Assembly: GCF_030684315.1 (NCBI RefSeq)
Contig: NC_081369.1
Coordinates: 2,780,689-2,844,688, forward strand
DNA from: Stegostoma tigrinum
Lineage: Eukaryota
Direction of reading: 5' to 3'
DNA: 64,000 nt
The notes under the pieces: generated by a model
Seen by the model: the letters and a program-made list of their open reading frames with translations, nothing else
What the model was told of the DNA's origin: nothing
Database searches by the model: none
Made by a program: the position numbers and the translations under genes
In this document: piece after piece, positions 25,700 through 38,080 of the stretch
Layout: each line of letters opens with the position of its first letter
How positions within the stretch are numbered: the stretch's first letter is position 1

Positions 25700-28320
25700 G
25701 TAAAAAACATTAGTTCTGTAACTAGAGAAGGTATTTCTGAAAAATTGTCCAATGAAAAATATGGGTTGAAATTGGAAATAAAAAGGGAATAATCAACTTG
25801 ATGGATTGTACTATAGACCTCCCAATAGTCAGAGGGAAATCACGGAACAAATATGTAGAGATACCTCGGGCATATGGAAAAATAATGAGGTTGTAATAGT
25901 AGGTGATTTTAATTTTCCAAATATTTACTGGGCCTCCCACAGTGCTAAAGGTTTGGATGGTGAAGAATTTATTACGTGTTGTCAAGAACGTTTTTTTTCA
26001 ATATGTAAATATTCTCACCAGAGAGGGAGCAAAACTAAATCTTCTCTTGGGTAATAAGACAGTTCAAGTGACTAAGTGACATTTGGGCAACATTTTGTGT
26101 CTAGTGATCATAGTTCTATTTGTTTAAAATAATCATAGAAAAAGGTAAGTCTTCTATAAAAACTAAAAGTTTTTATTTGGTGTAAGGCAAATTTTAATGG
26201 TATGAGAAAAGAACCCTCAAAATTGCTTGGAGTAGATTTCTTCCAGACAAGGGACAACTGATAAGTGGGAGGTTTTCCAAAATATCATGCGAGTTCAGAG
26301 TCATTGTATTGCTGTTAGAGTGAAAGCTAAAGCTGGTGGGATTAAGGAGCTATGGATGAACAAAGGTGTTGAAGTTCTAGTCAAAAATAAAAAATAATCA
26401 TTTATTAGGTATAAACAACTGGGTTCAAATGAATGTTTTGAACAGTTCAAAGAGTTGTAGGTGCAATTTTAACAAGGAGATCAGGAAGGTGAAGAAAGGA
26501 CATGAGTTAGCCTCAGCAAATAAGGCTAAGGATAATCCAAAGAGATTCTACAAGTACTTTACGAGAAAAAGAACAACTGCAGAGAGTGTAGGGCCTCTTA
26601 AAGATCAAAGAAATTGTCTTTATGTTTAACTTCAGAAGATGGGAGAAATATTAAATGAATATTTTGCATTAGTTTTTACTGCGGAGAAAGAAATGGAGGC
26701 TAGTGAACTCGAGGAAATAAAGACTGATGTTTTTAAAACAGTTCACTGACAGAATAAGAAGTATTAAAAATAAAAACAGGTGGATTAATCTCCGAGACAT
26801 GATCAAGCTTATCCCGGGACTTTGTGGGAAGTTAGGGAGGAAATTGCGGGAGCCTTCTCAGAAATATTTGTGTCATCTATGAATTCGAGTGGGTTCCAAA
26901 AGCCTGGACTATAGTTCACGTTGTATGTTTATCCAAGAAGGGATGTATGAAGAAGTTTGGGAACTATAGACCTGTGAGTCTAACTTCGGTGGAAAGTTGT
27001 TGGAAGTGATTCTGAATTATAGGATTTATACAAATTTTGCAGAGGCAAGGAATGATTAGGGATAGTCAGCATGCTTTTGTGGTGGACAAAGTGTCTCACA
27101 AACATAGTTGAGCTTTTTGAGGAAGTAATTGAGAAAATTGACGAGGGCAGATGGATAGACATTGTTTACTTGGACTTTAGTAAAGTCTTTGACAAGATTC
27201 CATATGTTAGACTAATCAGTAAAGTTAGATCACATGGATTCAAAGTGAACGTGCCAATTAGACAGAAAATTGCCTTAATAGCAGAAGATAGAGGGTGATG
27301 GTGGAGGATTGATTTTTGGACTGCAGGTCTGTTACCAGTAGTGTTCCACTGGGATCAGTGCTTCTGTTTGTTGTTTATATAAATTATTTAGATGAGAATA
27401 TCCAAAGCTTGGTGAGTAAATTGGCAGACGACACCAAGATTGGTAGTATACGGGATAGTGAGGAAGGTTACCTGAGGTTACAAAGAGATTTTGATCAGTT
27501 CAGTGAATGGGCTGATGAGTGGTAAATAGAAATAAATTTGGATAAATTGTAGGTATTACATTTCAGTAAAACAAACAAAGAGAAAACTGACACAATTAAA
27601 AGTAGGGCTCTGCACAGTGTTGTAGAACAGAAAGACCTAAGGATTCTGGCACATAACGCTGAAGTTTGCATCACATATAGAACCGGTGGTTTCGAAGGCA
27701 TTTTGTGCGCTTGCCTTTGTTGCTCAGACCATTGAGTATACGAGCTGGGACATTATATTTACATTGTACAGGATGTCACTGAGGTCTCTTTTGTGTCCAG
27801 TTCTGGTCTCCCTGTTATACGAAGGATATTATTAAACTGGAGAGTGTTCAGAAGGGATTTGCCACGATGTTGCCAAGAATGGAGAGTTTGAGTGATAAGG
27901 AGAGGCCAGATAGGCTGGCACATTTTTCACTGCAGTGTAGGAGGTTGAGAGGTGACTTTACAGAGGTTCATAAAATAATAAGGAGTATAAGTCAGCTGAA
28001 TAGCAAGCGTATTTCCCCTAGGCGGGGGTATTTCATTTCAAGAGAGGGGCTATAGTTTTAAGGTCGCAGGAGGGAGATTTTAAAAAGACATTAGGAACAA
28101 CTTTTTTTACACTGTGAGCAGTGTGTGGATTGAACTTCCTGAGGAAGTGGTGGATATGGGTACAGTTACAACGTTTAGAAGACATTTAGTTAATTACATG
28201 AACAACAAATGTTTGGAGGGGAATCAACCAAGTGCATGCAGGTGGAACTAGTTTGGAATTATGGTTGGCGTGGACTGCATGGACCGAAGGGCCTGTTTCC
28301 ATTTTGCATGAAGCTATAAC
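25700..28320 (+). mobile_element. Degenerate CR1 LINE (endonuclease-RT-3' end)
   Basis: YYRPPNS, VIVGDFNFPNI, YLDFSKVFDKIP and LADDTKIG. Confidence 0.92.
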
Positions 28321-29197
28321 CCTTTCGTAGTTGGTGTTCAATTTCATATATTTCCATCCACCCCAATGCCCTGTGTTAAAATGCTCAATGATTTTCATTT
28401 TGAATTATTCTGGCTGACCTGTAGTTACTGGACAGAAACCTCCGCACGTTGTAACCTCAGATTAATTATTAGGCAGCAACCTGCAGTGACAAGGAACAGA
28501 ATTGAAACCCATGTCATTCACACAATGACACCTGCCAACTTTCAGGGCCTTTGTGATGCATTCAATGCCGCTCACTATAATTTCACAGCCTGTGATTAAA
28601 TTCCATGTAATTTAGTGTCCACAGTAGGCAAACAGTCTTTCTGGTTGATTTAATGTTCTGCACAGAGGTACGAGAACAGGGAGCAGCATCTTACAGATAG
28701 AGAAAACCAGCAGGCATATGTGCACTTTCATGCTTCGAACAAAAAGAAAAAGACAGGGGAGACAATCTCACAGTGGCAATCTGAAAGGGTTCAGGGCCCA
28801 CTTTGACAGCTTTCAGAATTTAATGATCATGGATTTAAGAGGTATCTAATTGAAGTCTACATTCAGTAATGGTTATCACAAATCTCTTATTGATTGCCAT
28901 AAAATGGATATGATTCACAAATGCCCTTAAGAGAAGGAAATCAATCATCCTTCTCTGGTCTGGCCTACCAGGCCAACAGCAAGTGAATGACTCTGATCTG
29001 TTTCCAAGAGATACTGGAAATATGCAGCAATTGCTTAGTGTCCAATGATATCATCAACCCATGAGCAACTGAAATTAGAAGAAATCTGCATGTTTGAAAT
29101 ATGGCAACTAACAGAATTAAATGTTCATATTAACACAAATAGATCATTTTTGTGTTCTTAATTTCTTATTGGACTTTATTCATGCTTCTGCAATAAT

Positions 29198-29515
29198 TAG
29201 ATTAGATTCCCTACAGTGTGGAAACAGGCCCTTTGTCCCAACAAGTCCACACCGTCCCTTGCAGCATCCCACCCAGACCCATCCCCCTATAACCCACAAA
29301 CACCCCTGAACACTATGGGCAATTTAGCATGGCCAATCCACGTAGCCTGTACATCTTTGGACTGTGAGAGTAAACCGCAGCACCCGGAGAAAACCCACGC
29401 AGACACGGGGAGAATGTGCAATCTCTGCACAGGCAGTTACCTGAGGCTGGAATTGAACCCGGGTCCCTGGCGCTGTGAGGCTGCAGTGCTAACCACTGAG
29501 CCACCGTGTCACCCT
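29198..29515 (-). mobile_element. Full-length HE1-type V-SINE just upstream of the TM exon
   Basis: rc gggtgacacggtggctcagtggttagcactgcagcctcacagcgccagggacccgggttcaattcc...; the tail is (tagat)n on +. Confidence 0.92.
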
Positions 29516-29656
29516 AATGTTGCAAATTGGAAGGAAAGATAGAACTGCTGAATAGTCCCTGAGAGATGATTGCTTTAACATGTGTGTTACTTTTTGTCTG
29601 ACATTGGCTTCTTCTCTTTAACTGCTAACATTTGACTTGTTCTCCCCTTTCTTTAG

Positions 29657-29764
29657 CTACCAGTGACAGTATTTTGCAAAAAGTGGCTGGATGTGCTGTA
29701 GCAGGATTACTACTTCTAGTGTTGGTAATTGTTGTGATACTTTGCAAACTTAATACAATTAAAG
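29657..29764 (+). CDS. Gene 1 exon 4: stalk plus uncharged transmembrane helix
   Basis: Strong acceptor tctcccctttctttag|, donor G|gtaaga, 108 nt, phase 1-1. Reads ATSDSILQKVAGCAVAGLLLLVLVIVVILCKLNTIK. Too short for the ORF track. Confidence 0.9.
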
Positions 29765-30222
29765 GTAAGACTTGTCACAAACTATGTTCAGAATTGGTTT
29801 TGATTATTTAGTTACAACTCAATGCTGCGGTGTCAGGAAGATTGATTAGTCATGTCTGGGGCATAGGTTTCCATGCACTCCAGCTTTGGGATCTTCTTCC
29901 CTCTGAAATCCAGTAGTCTAATAATAGAAGGGGCTAAAACCCAACCTACCCCTCATGCTAATTTTTCTATTCTTGAAAATTAAGATGAACCATATTTCAT
30001 GCTTAATGGAAGGCAGTTATCAAAGTTCAGTGAATTGAAATCAGCTAATTCTGAATTATAAAACAAACTTATTCTCATTCTATAATAAAAGGGAATGCCA
30101 CTGTGTTAATTGTGATGTGATTGGCCATGTTACTTGATCACAGCATAACTTTAGACTGACATGATGCCAAATGGTGTTTATAAATGAAATTGATCATTGA
30201 TAAAAATGTTGTTCTCTAATAG

Positions 30223-30275
30223 GCACCAAGGTCACTTCAGTTAATTCCAAAGATAACAGCCAGTTCGAAGAACAG
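30223..30275 (+). CDS. Gene 1 exon 5: juxtamembrane cytoplasmic exon GTKVTSVNSKDNSQFEEQ
   Basis: Acceptor gttctctaatag|, donor CAG|gtttgt, 53 nt. Converts phase 1 to phase 0, as needed to join exons 4 and 6 in frame. Confidence 0.75.
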
Positions 30276-31010
30276 GTTTGTTTCTTGATCATGTTTGTTA
30301 TTTGAGAAATAGAAAGTTGTTACAGCATACAACACACATACATCATTATTTCCTGAACTGCTGTGACATCAGAGCACCTCATGCCAAGCTCATCCATTCC
30401 TAATGATGCATTTGCCCTAAATACATGGTTAATGATCACTCAATTCTGCGATGACACCCATACATAACTAAACCACCAGTTTCTGCAAACTATTTACATT
30501 GTGTCACTGTAGATTGGATAGTTATTCAAGTGTACAAAGTGGCATATCCTCACTCAAAATATAACAGAAAATGTTGGCATATTCAGCAGAACAGGCCAAA
30601 GCTGTGAAGAGAAACATCTAAAGTACCTGGTGTAAGACATTTGATCATTTTCCATTAATTCTGTTATCCGCTTGTATTGCCCACATGAAATTCTATATGA
30701 CATGCACGGATTGAAAGGGTGCTGTCATTATTCAAGTCCAGCCATAGTCTTTCTGTTCCATTGAATTCTAAAAACCGGGCATTTGTTTTGTTGTTCATCA
30801 TTCCATTTCTATGTCTCAGGCAAGTCAATTGTGAATGCATATTCACAGAAATGCTTATTCTCAATTTGTATGTATTGACAAGTGGTTTGAAAATTGCCTG
30901 CAGGACACATATGCCTGGAAGCACACTTTTCACTGTTGGGTGATAAGGTTTTAAGTGCAGGTAAATGGCATCTGGGTGACGAATTGCTCAAGTGAAAGCA
31001 ATTCTGATGC

Positions 31011-31148
31011 AAGATAACAAAGTGTGAAGCTGGATGAACAAAGCAGGCCAAGCAGCATCTCAGGAGCTGCTTGGCCTGCTGTGTTCATCCAGCTTCACAC
31101 TTTGTTATCTTGGATTCTCCAGCATCTGCAGTTCCCATTATCACTGAT
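31011..31148. mobile_element. Short Penelope-derived insertion with a fold-back inverted repeat and 15-bp TSD
   Basis: ~46-bp inverted arms with one mismatch. Direct repeat gcaattctgatgcaa at 30998-31012 and 31149-31163. Confidence 0.75.
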
Positions 31149-31371
31149 GCAATTCTGATGCAATTTTGGTTTACTACACTCAGGCAGGAGCTTGTTCTTA
31201 TCTTCCACGATCATAGAATTTGACTGAATCAAACAATAACAGTATAACCACAAGATCAATGCTGTTATCCTTTAAGCCTGATTTATCTCATGTATACTGT
31301 TAGCAATTTTTGATGCTGCACTGTACTTATAATTAAGACTCAGATGGTATTTCTATAATATTTATCTTCAG

Positions 31372-31482
31372 AGAATACAACAAGGAGAGATGAAGTTTCC
31401 ATCTTATGCTCTTCTAAACTTCAGAGAATACAAGAGAAGTAGAAAGCACAGAAATAAGGAAGACCAAACTTTGTATGCAATG
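31372..31482 (+). CDS. Gene 1 exon 6: cytoplasmic exon with ITIM-like YALLNF and ITSM TLYAM(I/V)
   Basis: Acceptor tttatcttcag|, 111 nt, phase 0-0. Reads RIQQGEMKFPSYALLNFREYKRSRKHRNKEDQTLYAM, donor |gtacga. Confidence 0.8.
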
Positions 31483-31622
31483 GTACGACTGTAAAACCAA
31501 ACAATGTTTTCTAACTAAGGCTGCTCCAACACAAGTGCCTATTCCCATTGATGTACATTGAATACCTACAAAAGTTAATTTGACAAACAGCTGCCCTTGA
31601 TATTTCCTTGTTACTTTTACAG

Positions 31623-31715
31623 ATTAAAGAAGAGACAGAAGTAAATCCGACTTACGAGTCTCTGGATATGACCAATTTGCCAAAACAACAACAAGGAAAT
31701 AGACTGAAAACGTGA
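31623..31715 (+). CDS. Gene 1 exon 7: terminal coding exon IKEETEVNPTYESLDMTNLPKQQQGNRLKT*
   Basis: Strong acceptor ttccttgttacttttacag|, phase 0, third Tyr motif (NPTYESL), TGA at 31713-31715. Total CDS is 1014 nt = 337 aa plus stop. Confidence 0.7.
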   Translation: MKEETEVNPTYESLDMTNLPKQQQGNRLKT

Positions 31716-33039
31716 AGATAAGCAAGTCCAACAGAGAATCCAGAATTGTATAAGAAAAATATCCAGTTTTACTGGGTCTAGCCATCTTCTTGAACAGATA
31801 TGATGTCTGCCTGATTGAATTGGACTTATTATAAACCATATTATTGCCTATCAGAAAGGGTGCAAAGAATCAAAGATGCAAAGACAGAAATACGTTCACT
31901 TCTGGGCCTCTGTACTCCTTGGATAAGCCATATCTGTAAAAGTAAGGATTCTATGTATTAATTAACATCAGTTATTATAGATATTAAAGACAGTAGATGT
32001 CCCTTTTGTGCCCACTAGTTGATCACATTGGAGAGTTAGATCATCCACCTGAATCCACACTAATGCATTGCAGCCTTGCATTGTACCTTCTGCACATAAG
32101 AATCAGACCACACGCTCAACTGTTCTCTCCTAGGCTTTCTACTCCACCGAATCTCCACCCAACCCTGATTAACCTGAACCCACCAATCTATCCTTCTGTA
32201 CATTTGTTCCTGATGTAGCTATCAAACTTCTCCTTCAGTTTCTTTGTGTTTATCACAGCTAAAAACCCTACCAATAGAAAATTGCATACACCAAACATTT
32301 GCTGTGTGAAGAGCTTCTTCACAATGTATCAAGTCATAAAAATATATTTCTGGATTATAGTTCTCATCACACTCTGAAGTCAAAGTACCATTTCCACACT
32401 TTTCTTTAAATAGTTTTCATCATTTAAAAGAAAACTGTCAGTTCACCTGAAGAAGGGTCCCAACCCGAAACTTCAAGCTTTCTTGCTCTTCTGATGCTGC
32501 TTGGCCTGCTGTGTTCATCCAGCTTCACACTGTGTTATGTCAGTTCATCCATTGGCTTTAAAACAAAACATTTACAGGAAGACAACAGTACCACTCAAAC
32601 CAAAATCAGGAATGTCTACCCGATTGACTTTTCCAGAATACATATAACGCAACTCTTTTAATTTCAAAATGTATCCATCATTTCTTTGCCTGTTCTCAAT
32701 GGTGGCATCTTCAAAAAGAGCTGAGGAGAGAAATCCAAATATGGACCAGACTTTGAGAAAGGTACATTCCTTTTCATCTCAGTCAGAATGTATTGGCTGT
32801 TTAGTCTGTGTCATGAATCTAGATACCACAGCTAGTGGCAAACTCCTATTACCATCTACTGATCAAAAAATTTAAACACTTTATGTTTCAATTAGACCAG
32901 CAGATGATTTTTTTTCTTTTCAAACTTGAAGCAAGATGGGCCTATTTCATCATTTTCACCATAACGAGTCAATAAAATGAAGTCCACTGCACTTCCTCCA
33001 GAACAATTATTTCTTCCTTCTGAAAGAAGACCAGATATC

Positions 33040-33975
33040 TGTGTACAAAAATTGAGGGATTGAGTTGATGCAATAAAATGAAGGATACAGACAAAAACAA
33101 AAAAAAACTTAAATATGTAAATAATCAAGAAAGACATACATAGTCTCGAAGAGTGGGCAAAGAAGTGGCAGATGGAATACAATTTTGGAAAATATGAGAC
33201 TATGCAGTCAGTTGGGAATAATACAGCCATTGGCTCTTTTCTAAATGTGGAATGTCATCAAAAATCCGGAGCACAATGGACTTATAAGCCCTAGTTCAGG
33301 ATCTTCTTAAAGTTAATATGCACATTCAGTTTGCAATTAAGAAGGTAAGTGAAATGTTAGCATTCATTTCAAGGAGGTGAGAATATAACAACAGGGATGT
33401 ATTGCTAAGGCTATGTAAGGATCTGGTTAGACTGCATTGGAATATTGTGAGCAGTCTTTGGGCCCATATCTAAAGAAAGATGTCCTAAAATTGGATTGGG
33501 AGGGAAGTACATAAAAAGCTCAAAATACTGATCTCAGGAATGAAGGGCATGTCATACAAGGAGTGGTTGAGGACTCAGGGTCTCAACTAGTTGGAGTTTA
33601 GAAAGATGAAGAGAATCTCATTGAAACTTACAGAATACTGAGATGCCTGGATCACGTGGATGTGGAAAAGGTGTTTCCACACATGGAAGGATGAGGATCC
33701 AAGGTCAAAACATTAGAATGAAGGGCAGACCCTTTAGAACTGAGATGGGGGGAAATTTCTTCAGTCAGAGGGTTGTGAATCTGTGGAATTCACTGCTACA
33801 GAAGGTAGTAGAGGCTAAGTCATTAAGTATATTTAAGACAAAGGTAAGTAGCTTCTTGATTCATGAGGAGATTAAGGCTTATGGCGAGAATGAATGAGAA
33901 ACCATGATCGAATGGTGGAGCAGACTCGCTGGGCTAAATGGCCTAATTCTCTCCAATATAGTATGGTCTTGTGGT
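33040..33975 (+). mobile_element. CR1 LINE 3' fragment
   Basis: WAKKWQMEYN-type sequence, RPFRTEMGGNFFSQRVVNLWNSL, and CR1 3' UTR aaatggcctaattct. Confidence 0.85.
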
Positions 33976-34975
33976 CTAAGATGCAGTGGAGCGTAGATAA
34001 CATAAAAGCATAACTGAAAGCTTTGCATTTCGATGCATGTAACATTTTTAACAAAGCAAAAGCGTTGACAACACACATTGACATGGCTAAATATGATGTG
34101 ATTTATCCTTATGGAAATGTTACTACAGGATGGGAAGTTTTTAGTTCTGAATATTGATCAGTCTATGGCAATGAAGAAACATAGGAAGCTTGGTATAAGT
34201 GAAGAAGTAGCACTACGTCTCAAAGATGGTATGTGTGCAGCAGTTGGAGCTGACCTAAATTTAGCAGAGTAGAGTGGAGAATCGGTTTGTGAGGAGAAGA
34301 GGGATAGTAGGCGATGTACAGAAAGTAGACGAAAAAAAACAAGTTGGATGCTTTGGCTAAAGGGACAATAATCATGCCTGAATTTAACCTGTAAAAAGAA
34401 GTAGAAAGATTAATTTGGTAATAGTTAACTCATTGAAGACTCACAGGATTAATTTGAGATTGTTTCTTAAAACTGTACACTATGGAACTAACCATACACT
34501 CGGCTTGGTATTATGTATTCCCACAGAATTAGTTAATGATTTTCGAGTAATGCCCATCCTGAGCAAGCCATGATCATAACTTGATTGAATTATAAAGCAA
34601 GTTTGATACTGAAAAGACTCCGTTCAAGACTTATATTTTCAACTGTAAGAAGGGCTAAGGCGTGGGCAGAAAAGATGAGCAAGCTGAAGTGAACATGAAT
34701 ATTAGGCTATGAGATTGCTTAGGAGAGAATCAGTTGCCAATATTTCAGTAGATATTTCAGAATATTCAGAGTATTTGTTATCATAAGTAAAAATTTCAAG
34801 TGGATGATCCTAGTATTCTTCACTAAAGAATTCAGGAGAATTTCAAACTGTGGGTAATAACTATTTAATTGTATAAAACTGACTGGCCAGTCAGAAGACC
34901 AGTCAGAATAGTAACAAACAGCATAGAATGTCTCAAAGATCAAATGGACAAAATAAAGCAGAACATGTGATGAGC

Positions 34976-35140
34976 CTGTGTTGCTGGAGCTGCCTGGGCC
35001 CACTGAGGCTGTGTTGCTGGTGCTAACTGGGGGCCCGTGATGCTCTGTTGCTGGATCTGCCTGGGCCCACTGAGGCTGTGCTGCTAGAGCTGCCTGGGCC
35101 TACTGAGGATGTGCTGTTTGTGCTCCCTGGGCCTGCTGCC
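34976..35140. repeat. GC-rich minisatellite, 33-bp unit x ~5
   Basis: Unit ctgtgttgctggagctgcctgggcccactgagg. Confidence 0.85.
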
Positions 35141-35169
35141 TTGTCTGGGGCATTTATAGTTTTCACTCT

Positions 35170-36280
35170 TAAGGTTCTACATGGTAGACTAATTAATAAA
35201 GTTAGGTCACACGAGATTCAGGGTAAGCTTGCCAATCAAACACATAATTGGACTAATGGCAGGAGGCAGAGAGTGATGGTGGGGGGTTGTTTTGCAGACT
35301 GGAGGCCTGTTACTTGCAGTTTTCCACAGGGATCTATTCTGGTCTTCTTTTGTTTGTCATTTATAAAAATGATTTAGATGAAACTGCAGAAGGCATGTTT
35401 AGTAAATTTGTGAATGACACCAGAATTGGTGGCATAGTGGACAGCGAAGAGGGTTTTCTCAAATTACAAATGGATCTTGATCAAATGGGTCAATGAGTTG
35501 AAAACCGGCAGGTGGAGTCCAATCTGGATAAATTGCAATGGAATTGCATTTTGGTACAACAAACATGGGTGGAGTTCATACAATTAAAGATAGGGCCTTG
35601 AGCAGTGCTGTGGAATGGAGGGACCTTGGGGTGCAGGTATATAATTCTTTGAAGTTTGTGTCACATATAGACAGAGTGTTTAAAAGACATTTGGTACACT
35701 TGTCTTCATTGTTCAGTCCCTTGAGTATAGGCATTGGGAAGTCATGTTGTGGTTATACAGGACATTGTAAGGTCTCTTCTGGAATATATTGCCAAGCTCT
35801 GCTTGCCCAGTTTTAGGAAGGATATTATTAAGCTGGGGGCAGAAGTGATTTACCAGGATGCTGCCGGCTACAGAATGTTTGAGTTATACAGAAAGGCTGG
35901 ATAGATCTGGACTTTTCTCATTGGAGCACAGGAAGTAGAAAAGTGACCTTATAGAAGCTAATAAAATAATGAGGAGTTAATGGGGGATTTTAAAACTAAG
36001 GGCACGTTTTTAATGTGAGAGGGGAGAGGTTTAAATAAGACATGAGCAGCAAATCTTTTACACAAAGTTTGCTTCATATTTGGAATGAACTTCCTGAGGA
36101 AATGGTGGATGTCGGTAAAATTGCAACGTTTAAAAAGACATTTAGATAAATACATAGAAAGGAAAGATTTGGATGGTTACGGGCCAGGAGCAGGCAGTTG
36201 GGTCTAGTTAGGTTTGGGATTATGGTCGGCATGGATATGTTGGACTGAAGGGTCTGTTCCCGTGTGGTATGAGTCTATGC
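35170..36280 (+). mobile_element. CR1 LINE 3' half
   Basis: WRPVTCSFPQGS, FVNDTRIGGIVDSEEG and RDLGVQV; CR1 3' end. Confidence 0.9.
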
Positions 36281-37219
36281 ATCTCGGACTCTAAGAGGTG
36301 ACCAGGGCCATCTCTGGCAGAGCCCAACCATTCCTACACTGTGGTAACTGCTGCTGCTGGTTTGGCCCCAGCTCTGACCCCATCACCCCGCAAGCTCTTT
36401 GTTCAGAGCCTGAGGGTAAAATGTTATGCCCACTTGGACATGCCAGCATGAAGGAGATGGCCTGTGTCATTGGTCCATCATCCATTTCACAGCATCTAAA
36501 ATGTATGGCAAAGCTGTCTTTTTCCTTCAATTTGAGCAGGCTGGGAATGTGGCCTTGGAGAAGGGGTTAACGTTGGGCATCGCACATCTTGCAGCTTGCT
36601 GCCAGGGAGGTTCTCCTCCTTCCCCACTTGCAGCAGCTCTGGGAAGTGATGTCAGGGGTAGCCCTCATTCTACTTGGGCTGAAGGACAATGTCGTCTGCG
36701 ACATCGACTCCTTGCCGTGACCGCTCCTCATCAGTTTGTCCTGGGAGGTGATGACTGAAAAAGCATTCACTGTGCTCCATGGTCGGGGGAGGTGCCTATT
36801 GTACCTGCTAGATGGCAGACATCATGTGGTTCCATGTCTGTAAGGAGCTGAGGGGTACATTAAAAAGTGTCACACCATCGCCAAGCCTCCCAGTCACACG
36901 GGCAGCTATGGCTGTCACTGCTGTGATCATCCCTCCTCTGAAAACAAAACCTCAAGCCCAGGCCAGAGCACGCCACTGTCCCAGCCTATGGTGAGGGGAG
37001 ATGGGGGTGAGAAACCTCACAGAAGGGAGGTATGATACAATGTGAAGCATATAGAGGCAGCCCACCCTCCTCACCGCTCCACCAGAATGTGTCTCCCGCC
37101 ACCTTGAAACTTCTTGCGCAACTCCTCGGGTCCAAATCCCAATCTGGGTTTCCCAGCACAGAAATGGCCTTGTGGCATGCACCAGAAGGGCCACAACACA
37201 ATGGTGTCGAGCTCGTCCT

Positions 37220-38080
37220 TACCACCTCACCATGATAATACCAAACCCAGTCCCCAGTTATTAACATCACAGCACAGTAAACCTGAACTCAGTCATTAAC
37301 ACCTCGGCACGACAATCCTAAACCCAGTCAGTAACACCTCAGCATTGTAATCCTAAACCCAGCCTTTAACACCTCAGCATGATAATCCTAAACCCAGTCA
37401 TTAACACCTCAGAGTGGCAATCCTAAACCCAGTCTTTAACACCACAGCACGACGATCCTAAACCCAGTCTTTAACACCACAGCACGACAATCCTAAAGCC
37501 AGTCTTTAATACCTCAGTCCAGTAATCCTAAACCCATCATTAACACCTCGGCACGATAATCCTTAACCCAGTCTTTAACACCTCAGCACGGTAATCATAA
37601 ACCCAGTCTTTAACACCTCAGCACGATAATCCTAAACCCAGTCTTTAACACATCAGCACGGTAATCCTAAACCCAGTCTTTAACACCTCAGCACGGTAAT
37701 CCTAAACCCATTCTTTAACACCTCAGCACAGTAATCCCAAACCAAGTCTTTAATACCTCGGCACAGTAACCCTAAACCCAGTCTTTAAAACCTCAGCACG
37801 GTAATCCTAAACCCAGTCTTTAACACCTCAGCACAATAATCCTAAAACCTGTCTTTAACACCTCAGCATGGTAATCCTAAACCCAGTCTTTAACACCTCA
37901 GCACAGTAATCCCTAACCCAGTCATTAACACCTCAGCACGGTAATCCTAAATCCAATCATTAACACCTCAGCACGGTAATCCTAAACCCAGTCTTAACAC
38001 CTCAGGACTGTAATCCTAAATCCAATCATTAACACCTCATTGCAGTGATCCTGATCCCAGCCTTTAACACCTCAGCACAG
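37220..38080. repeat. Minisatellite, 35-bp unit x ~24
   Basis: Consensus taacacctcagcacggtaatcctaaacccagtctt. The period was checked at 37621, 37656, 37691 and 37726; the edges are more degenerate. Confidence 0.95.

Noticed and set aside
29440-29515. tRNA genes at SINE heads
   Set aside because: The A/B boxes continue into the V-SINE body; these are tRNA-derived SINE heads, not tRNAs.
23029-29656. A second C1 exon (as in V-C1-C1 SIRPs) in intron 3
   Set aside because: The interval is mostly CR1/SINE, and I saw no C1 signature in the remaining unique stretches. An HMM scan would be needed to exclude a decayed one.
31716-31780. A fourth tyrosine motif beyond the stop (in-frame ENPELYKK)
   Set aside because: It is separated by two stops and does not fit YxxL/I/V.
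35048-35377. Repeat protein (LPGPTEAVLLE)n
   Set aside because: Translation of a 33-bp minisatellite running into a CR1 fragment; no splice or gene context.
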